Positions 44,246-59,307 of a stretch of DNA of 64,000 nt are shown here, piece after piece; positions within the stretch are counted from its first letter, which is position 1, and every line of letters starts with the position of its first letter. The notes beneath the pieces were generated by a model. It was not told the DNA's origin. It saw nothing but the letters and a program-made list of their open reading frames with translations, and ran no database searches. Source of the stretch: the human T2T-CHM13v2.0 reference genome, Homo sapiens; NCBI RefSeq assembly GCF_009914755.1, contig NC_060944.1; one strand, given 5' to 3'. Position numbers and translations under genes: made by a program.

Positions 44246-44888
44246 CCACTTACCTTCCCACTGTTATTATGCTCAGCCAGAAAAAGCAAGCAAAGGTAAA
44301 TAAAGTGCTGGGCCTTTTCCAATCTTAAAACACGATGAACCGTATTTGGTTACACCTGAGCTGACACACAAACTGGCTAAAAAAGTGTTCCAAGTAAACG
44401 TGAAGTGTCACTTAACAGTTTTCACATGAGTGCGCTCTGAGGGTTTATCCCAAGCCATAATGTCACAGGAGATGCTAACAGACTTGGAAAACGGGCTGAA
44501 ACTACCGGGGATGTGGAGCTTAGCCTGCAGAACCTTGGACTGCCCCTCTCCTAGAGCAGCCCCTGCTGGGCGGAAAAAGGCAAGTCGCTCAACCCCTGCG
44601 GCCATGTCCACCCGGCTCTCCTACCTCCCCTTCCCCAAAGCAAATCCATGATCATGCGGTGGGGAGAGACGGGCCCAAACTACTCTGAGCAATCATTTAT
44701 TCACTTCTTGAGAAGCCCCTGTCTTCGACCTGTCAAATCTCCCAGAATCGTCGCACAACCTCAAGTTTTATCTCCCTGAAGCTGGCGGAAGAGAGAAAGT
44801 TTCCGGTTCCAGACGCAGCTTCCTGGACCGTTCCTTCCCCGTCCTCCTCCACTCCAGCCCGCGCCGGCCGTCCCGGGACTCCGCTCAC

Positions 44889-44913
44889 CTTTATTATCTT
44901 GTCCTTTTGTTCT
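44889..44913 (-). CDS. YTHDF1: YTHDF1 exon 2 (RTKGQDNK, 25 nt)
   Basis: AG acceptor at 44915-44914, GTGAGC donor from 44888; frame continues from exon 1. Confidence 0.95.
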
Positions 44914-45177
44914 CTGCACCGCCGCAGGCCGGGACGTGGGGTACACACAACCCGGGGGAAGAGGGAAACACAAAGTTATTCACCAGAGAACTGGTCTCCA
45001 ACGGGCCGCGAGCTCTGCCGGCCCCGAGGCGCGGTCACGTGCGACCCCGGCCCCGAGACCCCGGTCCCGCCTGGGCCCGGCCTCCGCGACCCCGGGCTCT
45101 GCGTTCCAGCCCCAGGACCTCAACCCAGACCCCGCGCCTCGGCCCCGGCCGCGGCCCCTGTAACCCGGCCCCGCTAC

Positions 45178-45204
45178 CTGGGTGTCCACGCTGGTGGCCG
45201 ACAT
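45178..45204 (-). CDS. YTHDF1: YTHDF1 coding exon 1 (MSATSVDTQ)
   Basis: ATG at 45204, 27 nt, GT donor at 45177-45176, inside a CpG island. Confidence 0.95.
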
Positions 45205-47444
45205 GCTTCATGAACAACTAGACGCGGGGCCGGGGCGCCCGCCGGCTCGGGCCTCCCCTAGAGGCCGGGCCTGTCACCCTAGCTCGCGCGGCCCCGGGCC
45301 CCGCCGCCAATTCCCCGGGCGCCGGCCGGGCGGCGGCGGCGGCTGCTGGGCGCGCGGGCCCCTGGCGAGGCGGCAGCGGCGGTGAGCCCGGGACGCGGAC
45401 GCACTGAGGAGGCGTCGACTCCAATGGCGGCGGCGGCGGCGACAGCAGCGGCGACGGCGGCGGCAGGGGACGAGACTGCGCGGCGTCAGCGTGCACGCGG
45501 GGCAGGCCGGGAGCGCCGCGCCGGGCCGCCACACTTCGCGCCTGCGCGCTCCCGTCTTACGGGATGGATTTCGCTCTCAGGTCCCAGTCTCGTGCGGCGG
45601 GGCGGGGACCGCAGCCGGCTGGGCGGGGAAGCCCTGAGCCGGGGAAGTCACGTGGGGCGTGTCCGGAGGCGCCGCGGGGCCTGGCGGGAAGGGGCTGGCG
45701 GGCTGCTGCCAGGTGTACAGCCGCCCACACACACCCCGGCCACAGCCGCACCCCCGACGCGCTACCGGCACTGAGGCCTCTGTAGTTTTCCCCAAGGTCC
45801 GAAGACTAAACGCTGTTCTGGTCCGACAGCTGGGCTACGGGTCTGTCCGGGGTCGGTCTGCCCTTCCCCCGCGCGCAAACACCTGCCCGCCCAGAGCTCC
45901 GAGCCCCCGCGTGTTCCAGGTCGCGCGCCTCGGCCCTTGCCGCGGGACCTGCGGGCTTTGTTCGCTTTGCGGCCCTGGCCTTCAGCCGCAGCGGAGCCCT
46001 GGGCCCGGTCCCGGAGGTCAGCTGTTCTGTGGATGCACCCCTGGACCTGCGAGAGGCTCGCCGGCTTATAACCAAGTTCTCATGTTAGATTCTTGACCCC
46101 GATTTCATCACCAGGAGGAAAAGCAGTGCTCTGTGCCCCAGCCTAGGCCGGGCCAGGGGACTTGTCATCTTTGTTCGAGGATGGACAGCCCCTTCTTAGC
46201 AGCAACTGTGCAAAGAGAGCCCAGTTCTCAGTTCCTAACCCCTCAGCATCCCCAACCTGGACGCCCTTCTGGTCAAGGTGTTGAATTTCGCTCCCTGCAG
46301 CCAGTATCCAATCCTGCCACCCTTGTGGCTAACTCCCTACAGAGGCTTCCAGGTTGATATTTTTCTTTCCAGCTCTGGCAGCTGTAACATCTTCACGTGG
46401 CCTGGATCTGGGTCCTGCTAAAGGAGAAAGACCTGGAATGGGGTGTCAGGCAGGTTGACGTCAAATGAGTGTTTTCCACAAAGTGGGCCCGGGCAGATGC
46501 GCTAAGCAGGGTGAACAGTGACAGCAGGGACGGCAATGGAGTCCCAAGACGGCTCCAAGCCTGGACATCCGCATCAGTGGGGCAGCAGACAGCCTCTCAC
46601 ACTGCTGCAGGAGGAGGTGGAAACTGCCCCCAGCAGGCCGGTCAGCCACAGAGAGGACTGCTGCTCCAAGTTGCTCCAGGTCTCCCTGGAGCCCTGCCTC
46701 GCCTAAAGCTGGGGAAAGCGGGCTGGGCTTGTTTCCCTGGAACAGAGCTGGGGGATGTCTGGTGCCCTGAGGATGAATCTGGATCCCCTGGGACTTTGAT
46801 GTGTTTGGGCCATGGGCAGACATCTCAGGCCAGGATGAAATCTGTGCATTTGGGGTACATCCGAAAATGAACAGCACGTTTCCAGGATGGTGGCCCACAT
46901 GGAGAAGATGTGTGGGGATTGTAGGGACAGTGGGGTCCCTGGGGGCACCCTGCCACCTGCTTCTGTGTGATAAGGCCTGCGCATCCTGGGCAGGCCCTGA
47001 GTGCCTGCTTCCCAGGACACTGAACTGTTTGGCGGCCAAGACTGCAGCAAGGGGGTGTCTGGGTGGTCAGAGTAGACACTCGGACTCTTGGAGCCCCTGT
47101 CTGTCTTCTCACCCAGCTCCCATCCCTGGGCCAGGACGGTGCAGTGGTCACCACTGGAGTTCAGAGCCTCACAGCCAGTTACAGGGCCTTCAGCCTCAGG
47201 CCTACTTTCCTCCTCCGTGGTGGGGTAATTACTCCCCTTTCACAGGATGAGTGTGTGGAAGAAACTGGGTATGCAGCCCTTGGCGTCAGGCCAGGGCTCT
47301 GTCAACACTGGCTGTTACCTGCTGCCTTCACCCACAAATGCCCAGCCAGTCACAGGAGGCAGCACTGGCCCTGCGGGAAGTGGCCACTCCGAGCTTAGGG
47401 GCCTTCTTAGATGGCTGAGTGCCGGCAATGCAGGACCCTGGAGG

Positions 47445-47860
47445 TGTTTCAGTTTCCTGGAGCTATCTCAACAAAGTACCCGGAACTGGGGGGCTTAAAA
47501 TAACGGCAATTTATTCTCTCCCAGTTCTGGAGGCCAGAAGTCTCAGATCAGTATTGCTGGGCTGAAGTGGAGACAGAAGCTCCTTCCAGGGCCCTCGGGG
47601 AGGATCCTAGCCTCCTCCAGCCTCCGGTGGAGGCCGCAGCCCTTCCTGGTCTTTCCTCCTCGCCTCCGTCACCTCATGGCCTTTTCCTCTGTGCCTGTGT
47701 CTCTTCTTATAAGGACACTCATCTGGATTTAGAGCCCACCCTAATCCAGGATAACCTCATCGTCTTGTGATTATATCTGCAAAGAACCTATTTCTAAATA
47801 AAGTCACGCAGGTACCAGGTGGACATGAGTTTTGGGGGTACACTCTTCAGCTCACTACAG
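47445..47860. mobile_element. MLT1-family MaLR LTR
   Basis: GGCTTAAAATAAC..AATTTATTCTCTCCCAGTTCTGGAGGCCAGAAGTC and CTTCTTATAAGGACAC motifs. Confidence 0.75.
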
Positions 47861-49524
47861 AGATCACTGGGGAGGCCTCACAGTGATGCCTATGGAGAGA
47901 TTTTGGAGGGTGACTCCTGGGGCTGAGTAGGTTCTACTCACAAATGTAGATGGAAGGAGAGGCCCCCACAGTGAGGCCTGAGGAGGCACCACCATGCCAG
48001 CCTAGCCCCACTGGCCAGGGAAGAGGCTGGCAGGATCCCACAGCCACTGCCCGGACCCACCCAGGCTTTTGCTGTGAACTCCAGAAGGCTCCATGCTGAC
48101 CCTGACATGGAAGGAGACTGGGGGCTGCCCAGGGGCAGGACAGGTCTGGTTGGCGGGAACAGGGGGCCCTAAAGTGAATTGAATGCAGGGGGTGTGGCAC
48201 CAGCAGGGGGTGCTGAGGTCCCCAGGCCAGCTCTGGGGGGAAAGCCTTTATCTTGGCCAGGCCTGAGGACCTGGGAGGGTGTCACAGAAAACCAGGAGTT
48301 GAGCTGCCTGTAACCTTGGAGGGCCACGTCCACTGCCCAGCCTGCCCAGGTTCACACCCCAGCCCAGCTCTCGGCCAGGAAAAGGGAGGTCACCCAGCAC
48401 CGAATGTCAGGGGACAACTGTCTCTCCCTCACAGGGAGCAGGCAGCTCCTCATGTCATGGATGGAAACGGATCAGAGGGCTTTGGCCACTCCTCTGGGTG
48501 GCCCAGCGGTCTTGAGACAAAGTCTGCCATTTCTAAGCCTGTGCCGTCAATGACAGACAAGAGCCCATCCCCTGTGGGCCGTCTGCCTTCAGACGGGAAC
48601 CTTCTTGCTCGGGGAACCTGTTGCTCATCCAAGAGCCCTTCCTAGCAGTACCCCCTCCTGGCAGCACCCTCAAGTGGTATGGGATTGTCTAAACATGACT
48701 AGCATTAGGAAGGTTTGGGTTTTTATTTATTTGAAAGTCACACAGGCGCATGGTTAAAAAGCTATCTTTGCACTCAAAGGATATAAGGTGGGAAGCAAAA
48801 ACCACCACCCCCAAACCCCTCAGAGAGGGAGCCCTCCAGATGCCTGCCTGTGCATGCAAGCATGAGTCTCTGTCTCCACTATCTGCCCTTGCATCTCACG
48901 TGTTGGGAAACCGCACTTTGGGGATCCACAGTGCTGCTGAGTATCAACACCCGCCGTCCACCCACCTCGTCCCTCTCCAGGCAGGGCATGGGCTCCAGCC
49001 TCATCCAGTGAGTGTCCTGGCCCCAACACACATGCACACGTGTGCGAAGACACCTGGCAGGAGGCTCCTGCCCATGGAATCACTGGGCCAAAGGCGCTTA
49101 CACTGGCCATTGTGCTGATGTTGCCAGATGGCCCCCAAGGAGGCTGTACCAAAACCCCCAGCCAAGAGGAGGTTTCTGAGCTGGGTGCAGGGTCCAAACG
49201 CTGTGGGCCCTGAATTCAGATGATCCCTGGCTGAACCAAACCCCTCCTGAGTGCTGGACACAGCTCACCCTGCAGCTGGCCTCTGGGGGCTCTCAGTGAA
49301 GATACCCATCTGTCTCGATGGACACCAGCCACTCACGCAGCTGCCCTCTCCACGAATGCTGTCTCAGGTCCTCATCTCCTCCCTCACCTCAACCCCGGGC
49401 TCATCCCCAGTCGGCAGGCCTCCTTCCAAAAGCGCTCCCCACCGTACTCCCTGGCGGGGCTGCTTTGTCCTTGATGAAACTGGCTCCTGCTCTCTTGGTT
49501 CCTCCTGCCTCCCTGTGCCTTGGG

Positions 49525-49765
49525 AGTGCACTGACATGGAGTGTGCTGACGTGGAGTGTGTGGAGTGCGCTGACGTGGAGTGCGCTGATGAGTGTGTGGA
49601 GTGGGCTGACGTGGAGTGGGCTGGCGTGGAGTGTGTGGAGTGGGCTGGCGTGGAGTGTGTGGAGTGGGCTGACATGGAGGAGTGTGTGGAGTGCGCTGAT
49701 GTGGAGTGTGGGGAGTGGGCTGACGTGGAGTGTGTGGAGTGCGCTGACGTGGAGTGCGCTGACGT
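49525..49765. repeat. Degenerate GTGGAGTGT/GTGGAGTGCGCTGAC minisatellite (9- and 15-bp units)
   Basis: Direct inspection. Confidence 0.9.
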
Positions 49766-50747
49766 GCCTCCCATGATGCACGGCACTTTACAGTTTTCAA
49801 ACCTTCTCTCTCTAAGCTTCTCATTGGACCATTCACCCCACAAGTGTGAACTGAGCACATACTTATTATGTGTGTGGGGCGTGGGGGCACGAGGTGGCCC
49901 CTGCCCAGCAGAGCTCCTGGTGCTGGGACCTTCCATAGCCCTACAAAGGTTCATCTAGCTTCACTGAGCACCTGCTGTTCTCCACACACGGGGACAGAAC
50001 AGGCCAGGTGCTGCTCCTGCAACCCAGATGGGAGGCAGAGGTAGATGGGTCACTGTAGATCTGAGCTGTGATGGAGGCAGGACAGAGAGGAGCCCAGAGA
50101 CTCAGGATAGGCAGGCACTCACCAAATGAGGATGCAGGCAGGTGGGCAGGGTGCCCCAGGTGGATGGACAGCAGGAGGCAGGACACAGCAACACCTGCCT
50201 GCCCACTGGAAGGTCAGGTCCCTGAGCAGGGCCCCTCGTGTCCACTGCCGAGTGCAGGTACAGGGAAGACGGCTCAGCACGTGGAAGGAAGCTCTGCATT
50301 GCATCCAGAGAGCCGAGGGAGTTAGAGCAACTCTGGATTGCTGGAGCAGCTAAGCCTCTGAGAAGTTAATGAAAGTGTCCAGGCCGCATAGTTACTCTGG
50401 CAGCTCCCTGAGCTCTCACCTGGTCCTGAGCCCTGGCACCTGCCCTGTCCTTGGCCCTGCTCCATCGGCATGACATCCCCCAGGGGCCAGCAACCCAGCC
50501 TGAACAGTAAAGCCCCTAGCCCCGGTCCTGCTGGTCTGCAGGCCTCAGCTCCCTCCCTGCTTTTCCAGGAGTTGAAACAGGGCCTCTCCTAACTCCACTT
50601 TGCCAAGAGCCTCTTCTCCCACTGCAGAGAACTGTCATCTGCCTGTAAGTACCAGTGCCAGGTGCTCTGGGGCCGATGTCTCCGTTAGCCCCAAGGTGGA
50701 GGCTCAGGGAGCAGATGTGAGCGTGCCTTGCTCATCGCAGTAGCTTC

Positions 50748-51089
50748 GGACTGCAGGGATTGCAGGGATTGCAGGGACTGCAGGGACTGCAGGGACTGCA
50801 GGGACTGCAGGGATTGCAGGGATTGCAGGGATTGCAGGGACTGCAGGGACTGCAGGGACTGCAGGGACTGCAGGGATTGCAGGGATTGCAGGGATTGCAG
50901 GGATTGCAGGGACTGCAGGGATTGCAGGGACTGCAGGGACTGCAGGGACTGCAGGGACTGCAGGGACTGCAGGGATTGCAGGGATTGCAGGGATTGCAGG
51001 GATTGCAGGGACTGCAGGGACTGCAGGGACTGCAGGGACTGCAGGGATTGCAGGGATTGCAGGGATTGCAGGGATTGCAGGGATTGCAG
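50748..51089. repeat. 9-bp VNTR (GGAYTGCAG)38
   Basis: 342 bp, two unit types that differ only by C/T. Confidence 0.97.
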
Positions 51090-53399
51090 GCCTGCATTGC
51101 TCTTGCAGCACCACCCGCCTCCGTGGCCACCTTCAGCAGTGAGACAATGCAGGCTCTGCTACAAGAGGTGCTTACTGGGCTCTGCTCTGGTGAGGAGAGG
51201 CCTCGCCTGGCAGCCAGACAGAGTCCCAGCAGGGCAAGATGAAAATTCGGGGCCCTCGTTCAAACAGCAAGAGAAGGCTCTTTCCTTCCTTCCAGCGCCC
51301 CTCCCTGCACCTGTGATGGTGTTTTGATTTGTTATTTAACGTCATGTGCTCTTGGGCAAGGGGAGGGGAAACTCTCACAGGCACCTGAACCTGTCCCTGT
51401 GGCTCCATGCATGGGCCATGCCCCTGATCCCTCTGTGCCCACACCCAGGTCCCTGCTGGGATGAGGGTTGGCAGGGGTCACTGGGTGGCTAAACACCATT
51501 CCTGGGGGTGGGGGGAGGAGGGTTGTGCCAAGCCAGGCTCCCAGACCCCAAGTGCAGGCGCATGCCACCATCTCATCAGATGGCACTCACAAAACACAGA
51601 TTCAGACAAAAGTGTTAATATCAAGATGGTGACGACAGCACCCTCTGGGTGTGGGGCCGCTTGGGTCACATCCTATGAGGCCAGCCCTGGGTCTGAAAGA
51701 CACCAGAGGAGTCCCTGGATGCCACCAGGACTCTGGGGCTCTACCAGAGGTCTTCAAAGAGGGGGACCATGGGGACGACTCAGGCTAGAAAGTGGGGAGG
51801 AAACCATGCCAGGAGGGGGACCAGAGAGTAACCAACATGATCAGATGACACAGATAGGCACCTGCAGGCTCAGGCTTCACAGCTAGAGCTGCAGGTGGCC
51901 CAGAAAGGGAGGCCCCACAATGGCTGGATCTACCTGGGCCAGGTGCCTGGGGAGGGCCACAGGTGGGACAGGAATGAGAATGGGCAGGGCTAGCTCTGGA
52001 GAACAGGACCTGGGGTTGGGCGGTGCTACAGGGAGGCGTGCCGGGTGCTGAGTACTGTGCTAGCAAAAGACGCTGCTGATTTCATCTGCCCTTGCAAACA
52101 GCAGCCTCTCCCCAGGGGAGCACCTGTCCCAGGATGAGGAAGGCCACCTGGACTCTCCCACCCTTCCACGTGGCTTGCTAGCTGTCTTGGGTGACTCTAC
52201 TGGCCTGCCCGGCATGTAGCTCCCTTCAGTTGAGTGACCACATTCCTGATATTCTTTCAGGGCGTCCCCTCCTCAACCCCTGTGGTTGGGGATGGATGCC
52301 TCACCTGGGCCTGATGCCAGTCCAGAGAGGGAGAAGCAAGTGAATGAAGATGCTTGAACACCAGGATCCAGCTGAGTCTGAAATGGTCCACTTCTGTGCT
52401 TTTGGTTGGGTGAAGCAATACATTTCATTTTTAGTTTTGAGTTTCTGTCACCTGCAGCTGAGTGTCCTGACCATAGGGACAAGCATAACATACGAACCTC
52501 GGGCCTGGCCCACAGTTCCACAGAGGAGGAGCGTGTCTGGACAGTCCAGCCCTGCTCAGATCCCTCCCTTGTTCCCAGCGCCTCTTGGACCAGGGGCTCC
52601 AGGTACCCGTGCGCTAGCCCCACACACCTCTGCACCCCTGTCTGCCTACAGTCCCCAGGATGCCAGCCACATGCACATCCCCCAGGGCCACGCTGTTCCC
52701 TCTGCCTGAAGCCGCCTGCTTCACCTCCTCTCCAAAGCTTCGTGTGGCTCCTCGAGATCTCATGCTCACCCTGGGGACACCTGGGACCACTGGGTCATCA
52801 CTTGTCTGTAGGGACAGCTCCAAGGCCCCTGGTGTCACCTCTGTGCTGTCACCTGCTTTATGTCCAGCAGAGGGAGCTCTGAATCAGGAGTTAGGTCCTT
52901 GGTGTGCACCTTCCAGCTCCCCAGGGACCTGCCTCAGTTTCCCCAGCTGGGAGGCAGCATGTGGAAGGGAGCGCCAGAGGGGCTCACCCCACCTGGTGGG
53001 CATTCTTTAACTTGTGGCCTGCTGTGTCCAGCAGGTGCTGCTATTGAACCCTTGAAATTGAGAAACTGCCCTTTCAATTTTATTTAATTAAATTCCAGCA
53101 GACACACGCAGCTAGTGGCTAATGTCTTTGACGGCCAAGCTCAGACTCCAGGCACTGATACTCAACGCTGATCCTTCACACTCCCAGAAAGCTTTAATTA
53201 ACACACATGTCCACCCCTCTGCCCCCCACCGACCCCCAGCAGAGAAATCAAAGTAGTCTGGGGTGGAGTTGGTGACCTACATGGTCAGGAGGCCTCTGGT
53301 TGAGCCTGAAACCTCCAGGTGAGCCTGATGGCTGCACATGTGCCTAGCACTCTGCGAGGTTGGCAAGCTCCTAAGACCTGCTCACCCACCCTGCTCCCT

Positions 53400-53547
53400 C
53401 TGCTGCGTGGAGCTGGGGAGTGTTCAGTGGCCCCTCTCACTCTGCGTGTGGAGCTGGGGAGTGCTCACTGGCCCCTCTCACTCTGCATGTGGAGCTGGGG
53501 AGTGCTCACTGGCCCTGCTCACTCTGCGTGTGGAGCTGGAGAGTGCA
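53400..53547. repeat. 41-bp tandem repeat, ~3.5 copies
   Basis: GTGGAGCTGG at 53407, 53448, 53489, 53530. Confidence 0.9.
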
Positions 53548-54437
53548 GTGTCCAGTTTGCCTCTTGCAGCCTCTTGCTTCCCCTTCCCTCTCCAGAGTCC
53601 TCCCTGTGGTCCCAGAGCTCCCTGATCTAGCCTTTCCTAAAGCTGACTCAACCACCTCCTGGATTCCCAGGCTGGAATCTGGGGCCAGAGATGGTGCATC
53701 TCATGTTTTCAAATGATGCCCAGAAGCTCACAGATAGCAGGGCTGTTCGGTGGATGTCTGGGCTCTGCAGGATTGCGGGAACAGAGGCCTGCTGCTCTCA
53801 TCCTCCCGCCCTCCCCATTAATACAGGCCTTCTGTCCATCCCTGGCCCTAGGTGGCCTCTCAGCTCAACTTCGCAAGCCACAGGGGCTTGGGAAGCTGCA
53901 GGAAGGAGCCAGGCACAGCTGTACTAAATAAGCTTCTCCCCACCCCTGCCCCCAACAGGCCTGGGCCAGGCATGCCAGGAAAATAAATCAGACTAACGGA
54001 CCCAGGTGGGGCCACAGCCACGGGAGGTGTGGTCCAGACAGCTGCCGTGGCACTGAGGAATGCTGACCATCCAGACTGAGACCCATGGTCGGGTCAGCAT
54101 CCAGCCCAGCCCAGTCCAGCAGGTGGGGAGAAGCCCGTGGTGGGGCCTGCTCTGGGCCCACGCTGGTCTTCTCAGGACGCTCCCTGCTGGCCTCTTGCAA
54201 CTCTGCCTGTGGCTCTCTAGGCGCTGGCTGGGAGCCAGCGCTCACCGCAGCCAAAGCCCAGAGGGATGGACTTGCGCCAGGATGCTGGCCCCTTGGCAGG
54301 ATACCTGGGGAGTCCCTGGGCTCTGGGAGGCCCTCAGCGGGGTGCCCAGGGCAGTGACCCCTCGGGAACATACCTACTGCTCATTTTTGTTTTGGGGTCT
54401 GCTCTGGAGAGCTCCACCTAAGACTCGGGGAGGAAGC

Positions 54438-54869
54438 TGTAAACCAAAAAGCACGAGAGGCAGGGCTCAGTCGATCGAGACGTTTATTTTGCCAAGGTTA
54501 AGGACATGCCTAGAAGAAAAGCACATGGAGTCACATGTCCTTTTAGTCTGTGGTCTGTGCCTTTCTCCAAAGATGCTTTTGAGGGCTCCACCATTTAAAG
54601 GGGGGGAAAGCAGGCTGGAGGGGCAAGAGGGAGGCCTTGGTAATCACATGCTGCAAGAGAAGAGGAGCAGGCAGGGGAATCGTCAGCTGTGTGTTCCTCT
54701 CATGCTCGGAAACCTGCACTTGTATGAAATAAGGTGAACGTCTCCTGTAGAGATGCTTCACCTGTTATCTGTAACTACCTGCTTAGGAACAAAAAGAAAG
54801 GCAGCTTCTCACATGACTTAGCTTTTAGTTTAATTTTTTTCTTGTGGCAGAGTGAATTGGGGTCCTGAG

Positions 54870-54875
<6 letters not shown>
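54438..54875. mobile_element. MER4-group ERV1 LTR
   Basis: TGTAAACCAAAAA start; TTTATTTTGCCAAGGTTAAGGACA shared with the LTR at 43712. Confidence 0.65.
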
Positions 54876-55468
<593 letters not shown>

Positions 55469-55851
55469 CCTCCAGACCATCTGAAAACAGGAAACTAGCC
55501 AGCCTGCCTGTCTCACTTCGAGCTTCTTAATGCCGTTGCCAGCCTCAGAAGCTGGAAGCCCCTCCTGTGGGCCTCTGATGCACTTGTCCGGAGCCCTGCG
55601 GTCCCCTGGAGTCCTTGCTCTGTGGCCACAGGGAGGGTTGCTCCAGTGCTGGCAGGCTCTGGCCCCCCAAGCTGAGGAGGAGGGGACCGGCTCAGCCACT
55701 TTTGGTGAGGGCACTTAGGGTTGTTTCAGCAGGAGTGGGGCTGGGTGCGGGAGGGTTGCCTGTCACAGGGGTTACCGGCCCACCTTGCCCAGCATACACC
55801 TGCTGAGCTTCCTGGGAACCCAGGCCTGAGGCCTGGACAGGAATTGGAGCT

Positions 55852-56150
55852 TCTCCTCCTCCCTCCCACCTCTTTCCTCCTCTTCCCTCCCACCCCTTTC
55901 CTCCTCTTCCCTCCCACCCCTTTCCTCCTCTTCCCTCCCACCCCTTTCCTCCTCTTCCCTCCCACCTCTTTCCTCCTCTTCCCTCCCACCCCTTTCCTCC
56001 TCTTCCCTCCCACCCCTTTCCTCCTCTTCCCTCCCACCTCTTTCCTCCTCTTCCCTCCCACCTCTTTCCTCCTCTTCCCTCCCACCTCTTTCCTCCTCTT
56101 CCCTCCCACCCCTTTCCTCCTCCTCCCTCCCACCCCTTTCCTCCTTCTCC
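55852..56150. repeat. 24-bp polypyrimidine VNTR, ~12 copies
   Basis: TTCCTCCTCTTCCCTCCCACC(C/T)CT. Confidence 0.95.
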
Positions 56151-56554
56151 TCAGCTTATGTGGGCTCCAGGTCCAGCCTCATTCCAGCCGGCACGGCCCG
56201 GAGGTGAGCAGGACCTGGCCTCATGTGACTGCAACCACAAGCCCAGACTTTCGTTGCAGCCACTGACCCAGAATCCCAGGACTGCCAGGACTGGACGGCC
56301 CAGACGCAGTGGTTGTGGGGCCCACAGGTGGAGGCAGGCTGGACCCCGCCCCAAGGTTTTCCCGCCACAAACAGATCTCTAAGCAGGACATGGGCAAGGG
56401 TGGGGAAGGGAACCCGAGATCCTGCAGTACCACACCAGGCCCCCAAGGCCCCTCTGTCCCAGGCCCTCGTCAGGCAGATCTGGGTGTGGGGCATGGCCAT
56501 GCCACAGCAGGCCAGGATGGTGAAGCAGCCCGGCGAATTTCACCCCAAAATACG

Positions 56555-58551
<1,997 letters not shown>

Positions 58552-58634
58552 TATGGTGCCCGGGCGTACTCACTGCTCTAAGTCAGAGGCCACTGAAGGG
58601 CGGCAGATGCTGGAAGAGGCTCTGCTGTGATTTT

Positions 58635-58771
58635 CCCTTTTCTGCCTTAGGGCCGGCCCCACCATGGGGAAGCGCAGTCGCCTTCCACCGCTTCCCTGAA
58701 ACCCCTTTTCTGCCTTAGGCCGGGCCCCACCATGGAGAAGCGCAGTCACCTTCCACCCCTTCCCTGAAACC
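58635..58771. repeat. 68-bp tandem duplication
   Basis: CCCTTTTCTGCCTTAG...CTTCCCTGAAACC at 58635 and 58703. Confidence 0.85.
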
Positions 58772-59307
58772 TCAGAAAAGAGGGCAGCAGCAATGCAGCC
58801 TTACCTGGACGGACCTGTGCCCCAGATAATGTCTCCTCTGGAGGTCATTCGAATTCCAAAGGGAATCACTTACAAGTTAGTTCCTGTCTCTGGAGTCCCT
58901 CCCTTCTCCCCGAAGATCACTCATGCCCCATCAAAAGAACCGTCCACACTCCCCGTCTCCCCTCCCTGATGAAGAAGGGTACAGGAGCACTGGCCTCCCG
59001 GCAGGTTCTCAGGCCATCGCCCTCCTGCGGCCCCACCCCACGCGTGGGGATCATGTCTCCCCCGGCAGCGGCTGCCGCTGCCTCCCTGGACAGGCTTCCT
59101 GGCCCTCCATCTCTGCTCTCAGCCAACTCATTGTGCCCCTCTCTGAGCCTCGGTTTCCTCACCTCTGAAATAAGCTCTGTGCCCATCTCGAAGGGTAACT
59201 GAGGAGATCAGTGAGGGAATGTGGGTGATGGCCTTAGCATAGGGCTTGGCACACTGTCCTGGTTGGGACCCTCCCAGGGAATCCCAAAGCAAGCTGACAT
59301 CTAGCTG

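Larger units (their letters stand above)
44850..46070. promoter_or_regulatory. YTHDF1 CpG-island promoter and 5' UTR
   Basis: Very high CpG density; GC boxes; GTCACGTG E-boxes at 45647-45654 and 45034-45041; NRF1-type GCGCCTGCGC at 45538-45547; YY1-type GCCGCCATTGG on the minus strand at 45421-45431. Confidence 0.9.

Noticed and set aside
49251-49958. Cys/Glu-rich 235-aa ORF and overlapping ORFs
   Set aside because: Minisatellite-derived.
50704-51327. Collagen-like (QGL)n, (DCR)n and (PCN/PCS)n ORFs
   Set aside because: Translations of a stop-free 9-bp VNTR; no evidence of exon structure.
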